The notes under the pieces: model-generated
Told to the model about the DNA's origin: nothing
The model's input: the letters and a program-made list of their open reading frames with translations, nothing else
Databases searched by the model: none
Shown here: piece after piece, positions 29,685-40,448 of the stretch
How positions within the stretch are numbered: the first letter of the stretch is position 1
Layout: the number at the start of each line of letters is the position of its first letter
Program-made: the position numbers and the translations under genes
DNA from: a virus
Taxonomy: Duplodnaviria > Caudoviricetes
Reading direction: 5' to 3' (one strand)
Length of the DNA: 64,000 nucleotides
Virus record (IMG/VR): IMGVR_UViG_3300028888_000049

Positions 29685-30016
29685 GTAATATTATTTATTT
29701 TTTTTGTTTTTGTCTATTTTTGTTTATTAGTTTTAGTAACTCATACTTAAAGAAAGGAAAAATACAAAAGAAAACAAGTCGAGAAAAAAATAAAAAATAA
29801 AAATCAAAGAAACATTAATTAGAATATCTAAAAATCATAAAAATAAGAAAAAATTATAAAGTTATGCACAGTTATTTTTCTGAAAGGAGTTAAATATGTC
29901 AGTAACTATATTATTTCCAAAAAAAGTTGTATATATTTACAAATTGTTAGTACTTCATTAGTAAATATATATTATTGTATTTATCGTTAATTAAACATAG
30001 AAGGAGGACTTTAATA

Positions 30017-30529
30017 ATGAAAATACCACAAAGATTATTACGGTTAACTTCAGAGCAACTTGAAGCAAAATTAGAAGAATTACGTAGAGAGTTTGCTGAG
30101 TTAACTAAAGACCATAAAAGACAGCATGGTCGTAAAGGTAATGTTTCAGATAATATTATGGAAGAGATTGTAAGATTAACTAATAATATAGCTTCTGTAA
30201 AAACTAGAAAAAAGAACAGAGACCTTGATAAATCTAGGGATAAAGTTTATAAAGAATCTCTTGGATTACGTTCTGAAGATGAAGCAGATAAGCATGGTAT
30301 AAAACCTGTTGATGAAAGGAGATACATTAAATGCTTTAAGAGTGGTTATATAAATGCTCCTGTTTATAGAACATACATTAAAAGAATGACTGGATTATCT
30401 TTAAATCAAATGTATGTATTACAAGAAAGAACTGGTTATATTCCAACACCTAAGATTAGTTTTAATGAAGCTAAGAAAGATGAGCAAACATTATATGATA
30501 GTGGTGAAATATATAGTAAAGTATTATAA
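30017..30529 (+). CDS. Basic coiled-coil hypothetical protein
   Basis: AGGAGG RBS before MKIPQRLL. Confidence 0.6.
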   Translation: MKIPQRLLRLTSEQLEAKLEELRREFAELTKDHKRQHGRKGNVSDNIMEEIVRLTNNIASVKTRKKNRDLDKSRDKVYKESLGLRSEDEADKHGIKPVDERRYIKCFKSGYINAPVYRTYIKRMTGLSLNQMYVLQERTGYIPTPKISFNEAKKDEQTLYDSGEIYSKVL

Positions 30530-30586
30530 TCCACTAAAAAATAATTTTCTTAATATTAACATCTAAATTAAACTGAAGGAGAGTGT

Positions 30587-30895
30587 ATGATGTTTAGTAA
30601 AGATAAGGTAGAAGGTCCTATAAGTAAATCTCAAATGAGTAAACTTATTAATCTTATGCTAGAATCTAAAAGAGCTAAAGAAAAATATGATGCTTATAAA
30701 GAAGAAATTACTAAAGACCTTAAAGATGGTGAATATGTTATTCCAAATGTAGGTAAAGTTATTAAATGTACTTATGTTAAATATCTGTTTGATAAAACAG
30801 AATTTTATAATAGTCATCCGAATATTAATTTAGATGATTATCAGAAAGAGGTAGTAACTACTAAATTAGATATTAAAAATCTATCTAATATTTGA
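30587..30895 (+). CDS. Hypothetical protein resembling C-terminal part of phage YqaJ-type proteins
   Basis: FDKTEFYNSHPNINLDDYQK. Confidence 0.5.
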   Translation: MMFSKDKVEGPISKSQMSKLINLMLESKRAKEKYDAYKEEITKDLKDGEYVIPNVGKVIKCTYVKYLFDKTEFYNSHPNINLDDYQKEVVTTKLDIKNLSNI

Positions 30896-30967
30896 ATTTT
30901 TGGTTTTACATTCTATTATTATTTATTCTAATATGTCTAATGTAATTTAATGAAAGGAAAAACAATT

Positions 30968-32176
30968 ATGGCTAATAAAAATATTCAAGACTCTAATCTT
31001 ATGCCGAAGTTTCAAATTGATACAATTAGATCTGAAGATGGAAGTCAAGTAATTCCAGGTATCAAAAAGATGTATGAAATTGCTTATGCTTTAAAAGATT
31101 CTATTATGCTTTGGGGTGCTCCTGGTATTGGTAAGTCTCAATCAGTTCAACAATGGAATCAAGAAATGATTGAGAAGATGAAAGAGGAAGGTAAGAAACC
31201 TTGGTATCCATATGTAGTAGATGTTCGGTTATCTATGAAAGAACCTGTAGATATGGTTGGTGTACCTATTCCAGTTAAAGATGATAATGGTAAAGTAACA
31301 ACACAATGGGCAACTCCTTCGATGTGGCCTACAGAAGAAGATGCTAAGAACTATTCTGGTGGTATCATCCTGTTAGATGAAATCAATCAAGGTCAAGCTG
31401 CGATTCTTAATGCTGCATTCCAGTTGATTCAAGATAGAGCTTTAGGTGAATATAAAGTACCAGAAAACTTTATGATTATGGCTGCAGCTAATCCTCCAGC
31501 TTATAACTCAACTGTTACAGAATTATCTGTTCCGTTAGCAAATAGATTTAGTCACTTTAACATTGTACCTAACTTCCAATCTTGGTTGGATTACAGAATC
31601 AATCATGGTGGTAACGTAGATGTTATGGCTTACTTAAAATCTCAAGCAACTAATATGTTCTTTGATGAAAAGACTATGACAAGATTAGTTGGTGAACTTG
31701 GAAACGCTATGTTTACAGATATTACAATTACTCCTCGTTCTTGGGAAGTAATTGAGAAGTTATTAGCATTACCTGGTTTTACTTTAGAGGAAAAACAAAG
31801 ATATGCAACGGGTCGTTTAGGTTTGCCTGAAGCTAATAAATACTTTATGTGGTTAAAGAATAAACAAAAGTATCAAGATTGGCGTGAAATCTTAATTAAA
31901 GGTCAGCCGTTTAAATCAGAAGAAGCTTCAGAATATTGGGTAACTCAAATGAATTGTATCTCAAATATTGTAGCAGAAGCAGATGATACTAAATGTAGAA
32001 GCTACATTGAGAACTTCTTAAAAGCTACAAAGCAACTTAAATCTCAACCGTATAAAATTACAAACGTTATTCAATTAGCAAGAACATCTCGTTGTAATAA
32101 GAACTTAAAGTTATTCAATCCGATTAAAGATACAGCAGATATTGTAGATTTTGCAATTGCATCTTTGAAGTATTAA
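30968..32176 (+). CDS. MoxR-like AAA+ ATPase
   Basis: WGAPGIGKS, DVRLS, ILLDEIN, IMAAANP, LANRF, TPRSW. Confidence 0.9.
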   Translation: MANKNIQDSNLMPKFQIDTIRSEDGSQVIPGIKKMYEIAYALKDSIMLWGAPGIGKSQSVQQWNQEMIEKMKEEGKKPWYPYVVDVRLSMKEPVDMVGVPIPVKDDNGKVTTQWATPSMWPTEEDAKNYSGGIILLDEINQGQAAILNAAFQLIQDRALGEYKVPENFMIMAAANPPAYNSTVTELSVPLANRFSHFNIVPNFQSWLDYRINHGGNVDVMAYLKSQATNMFFDEKTMTRLVGELGNAMFTDITITPRSWEVIEKLLALPGFTLEEKQRYATGRLGLPEANKYFMWLKNKQKYQDWREILIKGQPFKSEEASEYWVTQMNCISNIVAEADDTKCRSYIENFLKATKQLKSQPYKITNVIQLARTSRCNKNLKLFNPIKDTADIVDFAIASLKY

Positions 32177-32192
32177 TTTTAAGTTATGATGT

Positions 32193-32226
32193 AGGGATTA
32201 AGTTAAAGTAGAAATACTTAATCCCT
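32193..32226 (+). terminator. Terminator hairpin
   Basis: agggattaagt / acttaatccct. Confidence 0.6.
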
Positions 32227-32257
32227 TGTTGATGGAGATTAATTGAAGGAGAAAATA

Positions 32258-33085
32258 ATGTTTGTAATTAAAGATAAAAATTTAGATATGTATGTTGAGC
32301 TTAAGACATTTACTCAAGATATAAATATCAGAATAGATATTATACCTGTAGCAAATATTGAGATTGCAACTCTTTTAGAAGATCAAAGCGAAGTAGATTA
32401 TGTTATGAATATCATGAAGGATCAAGGAGATGATATTAATAACTATGAAGTTTTAGATTATGATAACGAATTAGTTAAAGTTAAAGCTAAAGAAGATGAG
32501 CAAACTATTCGTGCAATGGGTAATGCTTGGAGTAATTCTTCAGAAGACACTAAGAAAGAATTACTTCAGAAGATACTAGAACAAAAAGGACCTGATGCAG
32601 TAATTAAATTTATGAAAGATGTCGAAAATGGTATTGATTTAAATACAGCTGCTGCAGGTAATGTTAGTAATTGTAATTGTCATATGGGTATACAGTTTAA
32701 TCCTCAAGATCTTTTAGATGTGTATAATAAGTATCATGGTTATGCAATTCAGTTATATACTGAAGAGCCTGAAGAAGTTGATAATTATGCAGTGACTAGA
32801 ATTATACCTGATGAAGATGAAGACGATTCAGTACTTTATATGAGACATCCTCAAAGTCTAACAAATTTCGTTGACTTAGATTGTAAAGAAAATATTTTTG
32901 ATGCAGGAGCTGTTGCATATCTTTGTAGTATACCATTTGACGATGATATTATACAATATGCTTTAGATCCAAATAATATGCCTTTTGTCGATAAAGATAT
33001 TATTGCTTCTAAAAATATGCCTCCACTTCAAGGTACTTTACTCAATGAATTTAATTCATGCTTAGAAAAATATCTTGATGAATAA
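32258..33085 (+). CDS. Acidic hypothetical protein between AAA+ and VWA genes
   Basis: GAAGGAG RBS. Confidence 0.65.
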   Translation: MFVIKDKNLDMYVELKTFTQDINIRIDIIPVANIEIATLLEDQSEVDYVMNIMKDQGDDINNYEVLDYDNELVKVKAKEDEQTIRAMGNAWSNSSEDTKKELLQKILEQKGPDAVIKFMKDVENGIDLNTAAAGNVSNCNCHMGIQFNPQDLLDVYNKYHGYAIQLYTEEPEEVDNYAVTRIIPDEDEDDSVLYMRHPQSLTNFVDLDCKENIFDAGAVAYLCSIPFDDDIIQYALDPNNMPFVDKDIIASKNMPPLQGTLLNEFNSCLEKYLDE

Positions 33086-33114
33086 TAACTATACTTTAAC
33101 TGAAGGAGAGTATA

Positions 33115-34500
33115 ATGAATAAATTTTATGATATGGAAACAAAGATAAATAAAGTTATTGATATTCAACAATTATGGGATTCAGCTTGTACAGAATTAGC
33201 TTTAGAATTTCCTATCTTTGGACAGCTTATTCTTCAGATTGGTGTAAGATTTGTTTGGGATCAATCAAATAAACATATGGCTTGGACAGATGGTTCAAAG
33301 ATTACTGTAAATGAAGCATTCATTCAGTATTTTTGTGCTAATCCTAAACAAGTAGATGATACTGGAACAGTACATAATATGAATATTTCTAAAAAAGAAT
33401 TAGAGTTTGTATTATGTCATGAACTTATGCATCTTCTTGGATTATCTTTTGATAGAGGAACAAGATTAGGTATTGTTAAAGGTACTTATTCTAAAGAATT
33501 ACAAGCTAAATGGAAATTATGGAATAAAGCTACTGATTATGAAATTAATTCACAGTTATCTAATAATCAGCAACAAAATTCAGATGGATATTATTCACAT
33601 AAACCAGTTGGAAATATGCCTTCTTGGGTTCTTTATAGCTCTAAATATAAAGATATGACGGCTGAAGAAATTTATGAAGACTTATTAAAAGATTATGAAA
33701 AACATCCAGAAAATTATACCTTTGATAAAAATGAAGATGAGGATGATGGTGGTAACAGTATAAGTGGTCTTCCTGGTTTAGATAAACATATGCCTATCTT
33801 AGATGATACAACCAGAAATGAACTTATCCAAAAGATTGCTAATGTAACTTCTTCTACTGGTCAAGGTTATGGTTCTACAGCAGTTTCAAGACTTCTTGAT
33901 ATAGCTTTTAAGCCTATTCCTTTTAACTGGAAGAAAGCTTTACAAAGATATATTCGTAATTGGATTAAAGATAATTATACTTGGAATAAACCTTCAAGAG
34001 CTGGTATTGCTGCAGGTCTTATCTTACCTTCATCTTCTACAACACCTTGTATGCATATTGGTGTAGCAATCGATACTTCTGGTTCGGTTGGAGATAATGA
34101 ATTACAAACTATGATGAATCACTTATTTACAATCTTAGGACAGTTCAAACAGTTTACTGTAGATGTATGGTGTAATTCAACTCAAGTACATGAAGATACT
34201 TGGAAACGATTTAACGCTTCAAACAAAAGAGAAATTAAAGAATATGCTTTCCAATCTGATGGTGGTACTGATTTGAAAAAATCATTTGAATTTATAGAGA
34301 AAAAATATAGAAATGAAAAATTAGATTTATTACTCTATATGACAGATGGTTGTGATTGTGATGTAGATGGTAGTGATACACTTACTTGTAAATGTCCAGT
34401 TATTTGGTTAATCTTGGATAATAATGACTTTAAGAAACCAACTAGAATTCCTGGTGCAGTCTATCCATTTGTTGTTGAAAAAGAAAAAGCTGGATACTAA
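33115..34500 (+). CDS. DUF2201-type metallopeptidase + VWA domain protein
   Basis: AWTDG, HELMH zincin motif, ATDYEIN, MIDAS DTSGS, GGTD, YMTDG. Confidence 0.88.
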   Translation: MNKFYDMETKINKVIDIQQLWDSACTELALEFPIFGQLILQIGVRFVWDQSNKHMAWTDGSKITVNEAFIQYFCANPKQVDDTGTVHNMNISKKELEFVLCHELMHLLGLSFDRGTRLGIVKGTYSKELQAKWKLWNKATDYEINSQLSNNQQQNSDGYYSHKPVGNMPSWVLYSSKYKDMTAEEIYEDLLKDYEKHPENYTFDKNEDEDDGGNSISGLPGLDKHMPILDDTTRNELIQKIANVTSSTGQGYGSTAVSRLLDIAFKPIPFNWKKALQRYIRNWIKDNYTWNKPSRAGIAAGLILPSSSTTPCMHIGVAIDTSGSVGDNELQTMMNHLFTILGQFKQFTVDVWCNSTQVHEDTWKRFNASNKREIKEYAFQSDGGTDLKKSFEFIEKKYRNEKLDLLLYMTDGCDCDVDGSDTLTCKCPVIWLILDNNDFKKPTRIPGAVYPFVVEKEKAGY

Positions 34501-34508
34501 AAATAGTT

Positions 34509-34540
34509 AGGGATAAGTAAACTCCTTTCTGCTTATCCCT
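34509..34540 (+). terminator. Terminator hairpin
   Basis: agggataagta / tgcttatccct + T-run. Confidence 0.6.
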
Positions 34541-34569
34541 TTCTATACCAATTAACATTACGAAGGAGA

Positions 34570-35945
34570 GTGAATATGACTAATGGTGAAATATTAAATA
34601 GTTTAAAGAATTGTAATGACGAAGATAATTTTAAGAAATGTAAAGAATTACTTCCACTTTGGAATAGTAGTGAATGTGCATTTCCTTCGGATTTATCGGT
34701 TAAGAATTTTATAAAATTAGATAAGTGGTCTTTTGAAGAACTTAATCAAATATCTACAGAATTATTTATCAATAAGTATCTTGCTCCTCATATGAAAGAT
34801 GTTTATTATATGATTAAAGAATTTAGATCTAATCCTAGAAATGAATTGACATATGATCAAGAAGCTTATGCTAAAATTATGGGTTATAACTTAGATTGGA
34901 ATGAGAATGAAACAGATGTAGATAGACAAAATAAAAAAGCTACAATTCTGTATGAACATTCTATCTATAGATTCTTTAATAACTCTAAACTGAAAGGTAA
35001 CAGCAATGACAACCAGAATAATTCTTGAAGACCTTACAGATAAAACAAAGAATGATTATTATGATAAAGAAAAAGCTTTAAGAGATTATGAAAAACTAAT
35101 AGAAGCAAACAAAGATCATAATATTCAGCTTAAACAATATATTCCGTATTACAATTGTAGTTATGTCGAATGTACTACTTTGAAAAGGAATTTCGATAAC
35201 TAAAATAAATTAGGAGTCTAAAAATGCCTAATACTAGCACAACATTAGAAGTTGTTAAAATACTTCTAAATAAACATAAAGATAAACTTCTTCCAATCGT
35301 AGATAATCTTATATCTAAAAACTGGAAGGAAGCTTCTGAACAACTTAATGATCTTGGTCCACTTCTTTATAATATCTGTGAAGAACAAAATCTTTCTTAT
35401 GAAGAATTTTGTGCAGATTATTGTAATCCTACAATAAATAAAGAAATTATGGAAATGATTGTTAAAGAAATATATAAAGATTTTAAGAAGGAGTAATTAA
35501 TATGAAAAATATTGGTGAAATAGCTAGAGATTATGCTTTGAAAAGTTTTTATGCTTTTTATCATAAATATTATGATCCTAAAAAAGCATCACCTTTAGAA
35601 AAAAAGTATTATAAAAACGAATATTCAAGAATATATAGTAGTGAACGTAATAAACTTAAAAAAGAAAGAGTAAAGTCTTTTATGACATTACTTAAACCGA
35701 TTCTTGAAGAAGCTTGTATAAAGAATGGTTTTAGAATAACTAGTAGCGGTGAAATTTCTATTCATTGGGAATACAAAGATCGTATAGCTAAAAGATTAGC
35801 AGAGAAATTTGCTAAAACTCTTAAAGATGAATATGGTATCGATGGAGTAAAAGTAAAAAGTAAAGTTTCAATGAATGGTTATAATCTTTTTGATTTATCT
35901 AACATTTCAGTTAATAAAGATTTATTATCTGAAAATAAAGATTAA
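34570..35945 (+). other. Four hypothetical ORFs (34570, 35006, 35224, 35502)
   Basis: Consecutive ORFs with RBS. Confidence 0.6.
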
Positions 35946-35999
35946 TTATTATGTATATTTAACTAATAACTTAATTTTTTTAACGAAAGGAAAATACAA

Positions 36000-36401
36000 A
36001 TGTTTATTGTTTCTCAAACTAGTAACCCTGAAAAATCTAAAATGTTTTCATCTTTAGAAGAAGCTAATGATTTTATTAAACGTCAACGTAAAGCTAAAGG
36101 CTTTTATACTGTAACTGAAGATAAACCAGTTCAAGAAGGAAAGTCTTGGAAAGAAGCTGTTGAGTTTAAAAATGAAATCGAAATTACAAGAGCTAATGTA
36201 AAACAATTCTATAAAAAAGAAGGTTTTATTAAAGTAGTTGATCGTAAAGGTAATGTAGTACATATTGGTCGTACTAAAAATATGGGTAAAGTATTCAGTA
36301 ACTATGTAAATTGTGCTAACTATAAACAATCATATAATTTTGATTTAGATTCTGGTGAGCATAAATTATATTTCATGGAAGCTAATACTCATCAACTCTA
36401 A
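36000..36401 (+). CDS. Degenerate GIY-YIG (UvrC N-terminal-like) domain protein
   Basis: GFIKVVDRKGNVVHIGRTKNMGKVFSNY. Confidence 0.55.
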   Translation: MFIVSQTSNPEKSKMFSSLEEANDFIKRQRKAKGFYTVTEDKPVQEGKSWKEAVEFKNEIEITRANVKQFYKKEGFIKVVDRKGNVVHIGRTKNMGKVFSNYVNCANYKQSYNFDLDSGEHKLYFMEANTHQL

Positions 36402-36424
36402 AGTCTTCTTCTGAAAAATAAATC

Positions 36425-36469
36425 TAGGGTGAGATAAATTTATTCTATGATTTGTCTCATCCTATTTTT
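36425..36469 (+). terminator. Terminator hairpin
   Basis: tagggtgagataaat / atttgtctcatccta + T-run. Confidence 0.65.
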
Positions 36470-36501
36470 ATTTATCCTTTATATAACAAAAGGAGAATGA
36501 A

Positions 36502-36807
36502 ATGAAGTATGAAATAAGAGAAAGTAAATATATTCATGATAGAGATGAATATAGACTAGAAACATTTTATCTTAAAATTATGCCAAATAAGTATGGTGAA
36601 GCACGATATTGTATGTCAATACATCGTATAACGGGTGATACAGATTTTGAATTTTATTTACCTTATAATAACCCTTATCCTATTGAGTGTTTAAAAAAGT
36701 TTCTTAAAAAGATAAATGTTAAATATTATTTATATAACTTAAGTATAAGGATAAACAAAGAAAATTTAGATAAACTAACATTTTTCTGTAAACTTTATGG
36801 AGTGTAA
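36502..36807 (+). CDS. KIYG-helix family protein (tandem duplicate A)
   Basis: FLKKINVKY...INKENLDKLTFFCKLYG. Confidence 0.75.
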   Translation: MKYEIRESKYIHDRDEYRLETFYLKIMPNKYGEARYCMSIHRITGDTDFEFYLPYNNPYPIECLKKFLKKINVKYYLYNLSIRINKENLDKLTFFCKLYGV

Positions 36808-36808
36808 A

Positions 36809-37111
36809 ATGAAGTATGAAATAGATACATGTAATTATATTCATGATAAAGATGAATATAGATTAGAATCATTTTATCTCAAACTTATGCCAAATAATCA
36901 TAGTGGAGGATTTTATCATATATTAGTTAATTATATAACAAATGATGAATTTGAACTTTATATAACTTATAGTTATTCTTATGTTATAAAATGGCTTAAA
37001 AAGTTTCTTAAAAAGATAAATGTTAAGTATTATCTATATAAATTAAACGTAAGAATAAATAAAGAAAATTTAGATAAGTTAACGTTTTTCTGTAAACTTT
37101 ATGGAGTATAA
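36809..37111 (+). CDS. KIYG-helix family protein (tandem duplicate B)
   Basis: Same C-terminus as preceding gene. Confidence 0.75.
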   Translation: MKYEIDTCNYIHDKDEYRLESFYLKLMPNNHSGGFYHILVNYITNDEFELYITYSYSYVIKWLKKFLKKINVKYYLYKLNVRINKENLDKLTFFCKLYGV

Positions 37112-37115
37112 AATT

Positions 37116-37448
37116 ATGAAAACTCTATTTAATATAATAAAAGAAATGTCTTGTGCTGGAAAAAGTGGTTATATCATTTCTAAAAAGAATGATAGAGTTT
37201 GGTTTTATTTATTTTCTTATAGATTTGATTATGAAAATATGTTACGTGAAAATAAACCAAAAGATAATGATTTAGATTATTATTATGTTTCTATGACTGG
37301 TAAAAATATAGAAAAACATGTTAGACTTCTTTTTAATGAACTAAACATTAAATGGATATATAAACGGATTTTTGATACAGAAAGATTATGTATAAGTAAA
37401 CAAGATTGTGATAGATTTATACAAACTTTAAAAATTTATGGTAAATAA
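37116..37448 (+). CDS. KIYG-helix family protein
   Basis: LFNELNIKW...ISKQDCDRFIQTLKIYG. Confidence 0.7.
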   Translation: MKTLFNIIKEMSCAGKSGYIISKKNDRVWFYLFSYRFDYENMLRENKPKDNDLDYYYVSMTGKNIEKHVRLLFNELNIKWIYKRIFDTERLCISKQDCDRFIQTLKIYGK

Positions 37449-37455
37449 AAAATAA

Positions 37456-37794
37456 ATGGAGGATATAAAAATGTTAGATAAAGTTGAGATATATACTCTG
37501 AAACAATCTAAAGACGAGTCTGCAGTTTGGCATCCTCAAGAATTTATACATGGTTATGATAAGAATAAAAGAATATTTGAAATGTATAAATTTAATGATT
37601 ATGATATTGGTATAATAAGAGATAATTATCTTAATAATACTTTTATATTAAATTTATTAAAACAATTAGAAATTAAATATACTTATAGAACAAAGCATGA
37701 TCGTGAATGGTATGGTTTATATAGCAATCAAGATTATGAAAGAATAAAAATGTACTTCCAAATTTTAGGAATAACTGAAACTTATAAAGAGTAA
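37456..37794 (+). CDS. KIYG-helix family protein
   Basis: LLKQLEIKY...DYERIKMYFQILG. Confidence 0.7.
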   Translation: MEDIKMLDKVEIYTLKQSKDESAVWHPQEFIHGYDKNKRIFEMYKFNDYDIGIIRDNYLNNTFILNLLKQLEIKYTYRTKHDREWYGLYSNQDYERIKMYFQILGITETYKE

Positions 37795-37813
37795 ATAAGA
37801 AAGGAGACGTATT

Positions 37814-38113
37814 ATGATTAAATATAATTTATACTTAGGATTAAATGATAAAGATTCTAAAAGACAAAAGATTTCTGAATTAACTGCAATCAATATCATT
37901 TCAAAGTATATTCCTAACTGTTCAATAACACCTTTTAAAGGAATATATACTCATGAAAATGGTCAACAAGTTAAAGAAAATTCATTATTAATTACTGTAA
38001 TCGATTTAGATAATACTTTTAAACCAATTCCTGTTACTAGACAGTTAAAACAATTATTTAATCAAGAATCCATTATCGTTGAAACTGAGGAATCTAATTC
38101 TATCGCAATGTAA
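37814..38113 (+). CDS. DUF3574-like / phage SAM-lyase-like protein
   Basis: LYLGLNDKD, GIYTHENG...E, LKQLFNQESI. Confidence 0.55.
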   Translation: MIKYNLYLGLNDKDSKRQKISELTAINIISKYIPNCSITPFKGIYTHENGQQVKENSLLITVIDLDNTFKPIPVTRQLKQLFNQESIIVETEESNSIAM

Positions 38114-38219
38114 TAACGAAGGAGAGTATGCTGATGTCATTTGGTTCACTGATGTATTTAACTACTTTTATCGTATATATTTATTGCTATTATCAATTTG
38201 TTAAATGAAAGGAACTAAC

Positions 38220-38558
38220 ATGAATATTAGAGAGTTTTATATTAAAATTGATAATGAACTTAAAGTAGCATATATTAGTTTTATAAATGATGAAGAAAGA
38301 TTATGTGAAGTAAATTTTCATTATGATGACGGTTTTTTTACAGCATATTTCGATGTTTGTCATCATGCTTTAAGAACCTCTATTGAACAGTTATTGACAG
38401 AATTAAATATTGAATTTGAAAAACCTTTTAATGGAAGGTCTTTTAATATTACAATAAATAAAAACAACTTTGATAAATTTGTATTTAGTTTGAAGTTATT
38501 ATATCCGGATTTATATACGGAATTATATTTTAAAAGATTTAATACGAAAGGAGTATAA
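38220..38558 (+). CDS. KIYG-helix family protein
   Basis: LLTELNIEF...INKNNFDKFVFSLKLLY. Confidence 0.7.
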   Translation: MNIREFYIKIDNELKVAYISFINDEERLCEVNFHYDDGFFTAYFDVCHHALRTSIEQLLTELNIEFEKPFNGRSFNITINKNNFDKFVFSLKLLYPDLYTELYFKRFNTKGV

Positions 38559-38559
38559 A

Positions 38560-39501
38560 ATGAGTGATTTGGATTTGCCAACAAGTATAAGTATTGGTAA
38601 TGAATATACTTTATATGCAGTATTTAAAAGAAACATATATTATGGTCAATTTGATGAAGATAAAATTGGTTCTTTTATATGTAATGATGTATTACATAGT
38701 AATATTAGTTATTCGAGAGATTATAATAATTCAAATATTTTTACGAAAAAAGGTGTTTATAACTTTTATGATAAAGAACATGATATCTTTAAATTTTTTG
38801 GAAGAAGATTAAGAATTTCAGAAGAATTTGCTAGAAAATGTTATTCTATGTATGACGATGATGAAGAATTTATAGCAAAATATTCAAGTTTAGAAAACTT
38901 TAAAAAATATGTAGCAAGCTTTATTAGAAAAGAATTAAATATTTCTGATGATTATGTCTTTTTAGATAAAAATGGTTATATTACAGATATACATTTAGGA
39001 GAAATATTATATACAACTGAAAACGCTGAAAAACATTATACGTTTTATATTGTTAAATTAGATCCGAAAAATATAGAGTTTGATAAAGAAACAAACTGTA
39101 ACAAAGAACCATTACTTAAAACTTTTAATAATATTACTGTTTATAAACAATTATATTTAGAAAGTATAAAACATTTTTGTGAAAAATATAATGTTTATTT
39201 TTCAAGATGTAATGATACAGAAGATATACTTAAAGCAGTAAATAATAATATATGCTTTGGAACGTTAAATTTTGATGCACGATATGATCACAGATTACAT
39301 GAGACATATGATGATATGATGAAAAAACTTGTGAACAAATTTACAGAATCATTATTAACTCATCTGTATGATGGTAAATTCTTAAGTGATCTTGAAGAAT
39401 TATGTTGTGATCGACAAAGCATTATTGAAGGATTGTCAAAAAGTATTATTAAAGGTATTAGTAACGGTATTAATAATATTAAAATAAATGGTATAAACTA
39501 A
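38560..39501 (+). CDS. Hypothetical protein
   Basis: 313 aa; AAGGAG RBS. Confidence 0.65.
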   Translation: MSDLDLPTSISIGNEYTLYAVFKRNIYYGQFDEDKIGSFICNDVLHSNISYSRDYNNSNIFTKKGVYNFYDKEHDIFKFFGRRLRISEEFARKCYSMYDDDEEFIAKYSSLENFKKYVASFIRKELNISDDYVFLDKNGYITDIHLGEILYTTENAEKHYTFYIVKLDPKNIEFDKETNCNKEPLLKTFNNITVYKQLYLESIKHFCEKYNVYFSRCNDTEDILKAVNNNICFGTLNFDARYDHRLHETYDDMMKKLVNKFTESLLTHLYDGKFLSDLEELCCDRQSIIEGLSKSIIKGISNGINNIKINGIN

Positions 39502-39520
39502 TAAATGAAAGGAGGTTACT

Positions 39521-39877
39521 ATGCTATTATATAACTTACAATTACAATCTTATACAAGAGATATTAAAAAAGGTTATATAAAAGCTGAAAGAATCTATGG
39601 CTATTTCAGTATACATGATTCAACTCATGATTATAAATCAGATTTTGTATTTACTGAAACAGGAAGATTATTTATAACCACCTTAGATATGGCTGGTAAT
39701 CATTTAGATTTACCGTTTATAAAATATATAAAAGATAATTATGGTATTCAATTTAAATTTTCTAATAGAGAAACTTCATCACCTTCAAATTATAAAACCT
39801 ACATTACTAAACAAGAAAATTTTGATAAACTTAAAACTTGTTTCTTAATTCAGGGTATTATATCTGATAGGAGGTAA
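39521..39877 (+). CDS. KIYG-helix family protein
   Basis: YIKDNYGIQF...ENFDKLKTCFLIQG. Confidence 0.7.
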   Translation: MLLYNLQLQSYTRDIKKGYIKAERIYGYFSIHDSTHDYKSDFVFTETGRLFITTLDMAGNHLDLPFIKYIKDNYGIQFKFSNRETSSPSNYKTYITKQENFDKLKTCFLIQGIISDRR

Positions 39878-39879
39878 TT

Positions 39880-40197
39880 ATGAAATATAATATCGTATTA
39901 AATCCTAGATTGATAGAAATAAATCAAGTAAATAAACCTTGTTCAACTATTGCATGGATAGAATATCATAATATTAAATCACAATTTGTTTGTTATATTA
40001 ATTATTATAAAGATTTAGAAGTTGTAGAATATATACTAAAACATCTAAATATCAAATATGAAGTCAAATCTAATAATATACAAACAGCTTATTATATATT
40101 TATTACGTATGATGAATATCAAAAATTAATTCTTTTATTAAAGCTTGAAGGAGAGTATAAAAATGGAGTGTATATATTCAGTTTCGACATTGAATGA
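39880..40197 (+). CDS. KIYG-helix family protein
   Basis: ILKHLNIKY...ITYDEYQKLILLLKLEG. Confidence 0.7.
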   Translation: MKYNIVLNPRLIEINQVNKPCSTIAWIEYHNIKSQFVCYINYYKDLEVVEYILKHLNIKYEVKSNNIQTAYYIFITYDEYQKLILLLKLEGEYKNGVYIFSFDIE

Positions 40198-40447
40198 TGG
40201 AGTTAATTCACATATCATTTATATACAAGGTAATCATGCTTTATTGATAAGTAAACCTTATAATGATTCTGTAAGTATAAGATGTAATGTTTATGCTTCT
40301 CATCAAGATTATATGCAATTTATTGATTATTTGGTAGAATCAAAAATAAACTTTATTGATCATAATACTGTAATTGATCAACATCTTGAATTAAGTGTTA
40401 AAGAAAGAGATAAATTAATAATGTTACTTAAAATTTATGGAGGTTAA
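40163..40447 (+). CDS. KIYG-helix family protein
   Basis: LSVKERDKLIMLLKIYGG. Confidence 0.7.
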   Translation: MECIYSVSTLNDGVNSHIIYIQGNHALLISKPYNDSVSIRCNVYASHQDYMQFIDYLVESKINFIDHNTVIDQHLELSVKERDKLIMLLKIYGG

Positions 40448-40448
40448 A

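Noticed and set aside
29685-29870. T-rich then A-rich tract forming a loose hairpin
   Set aside because: Pairing is largely homopolymeric; cannot be distinguished from low complexity
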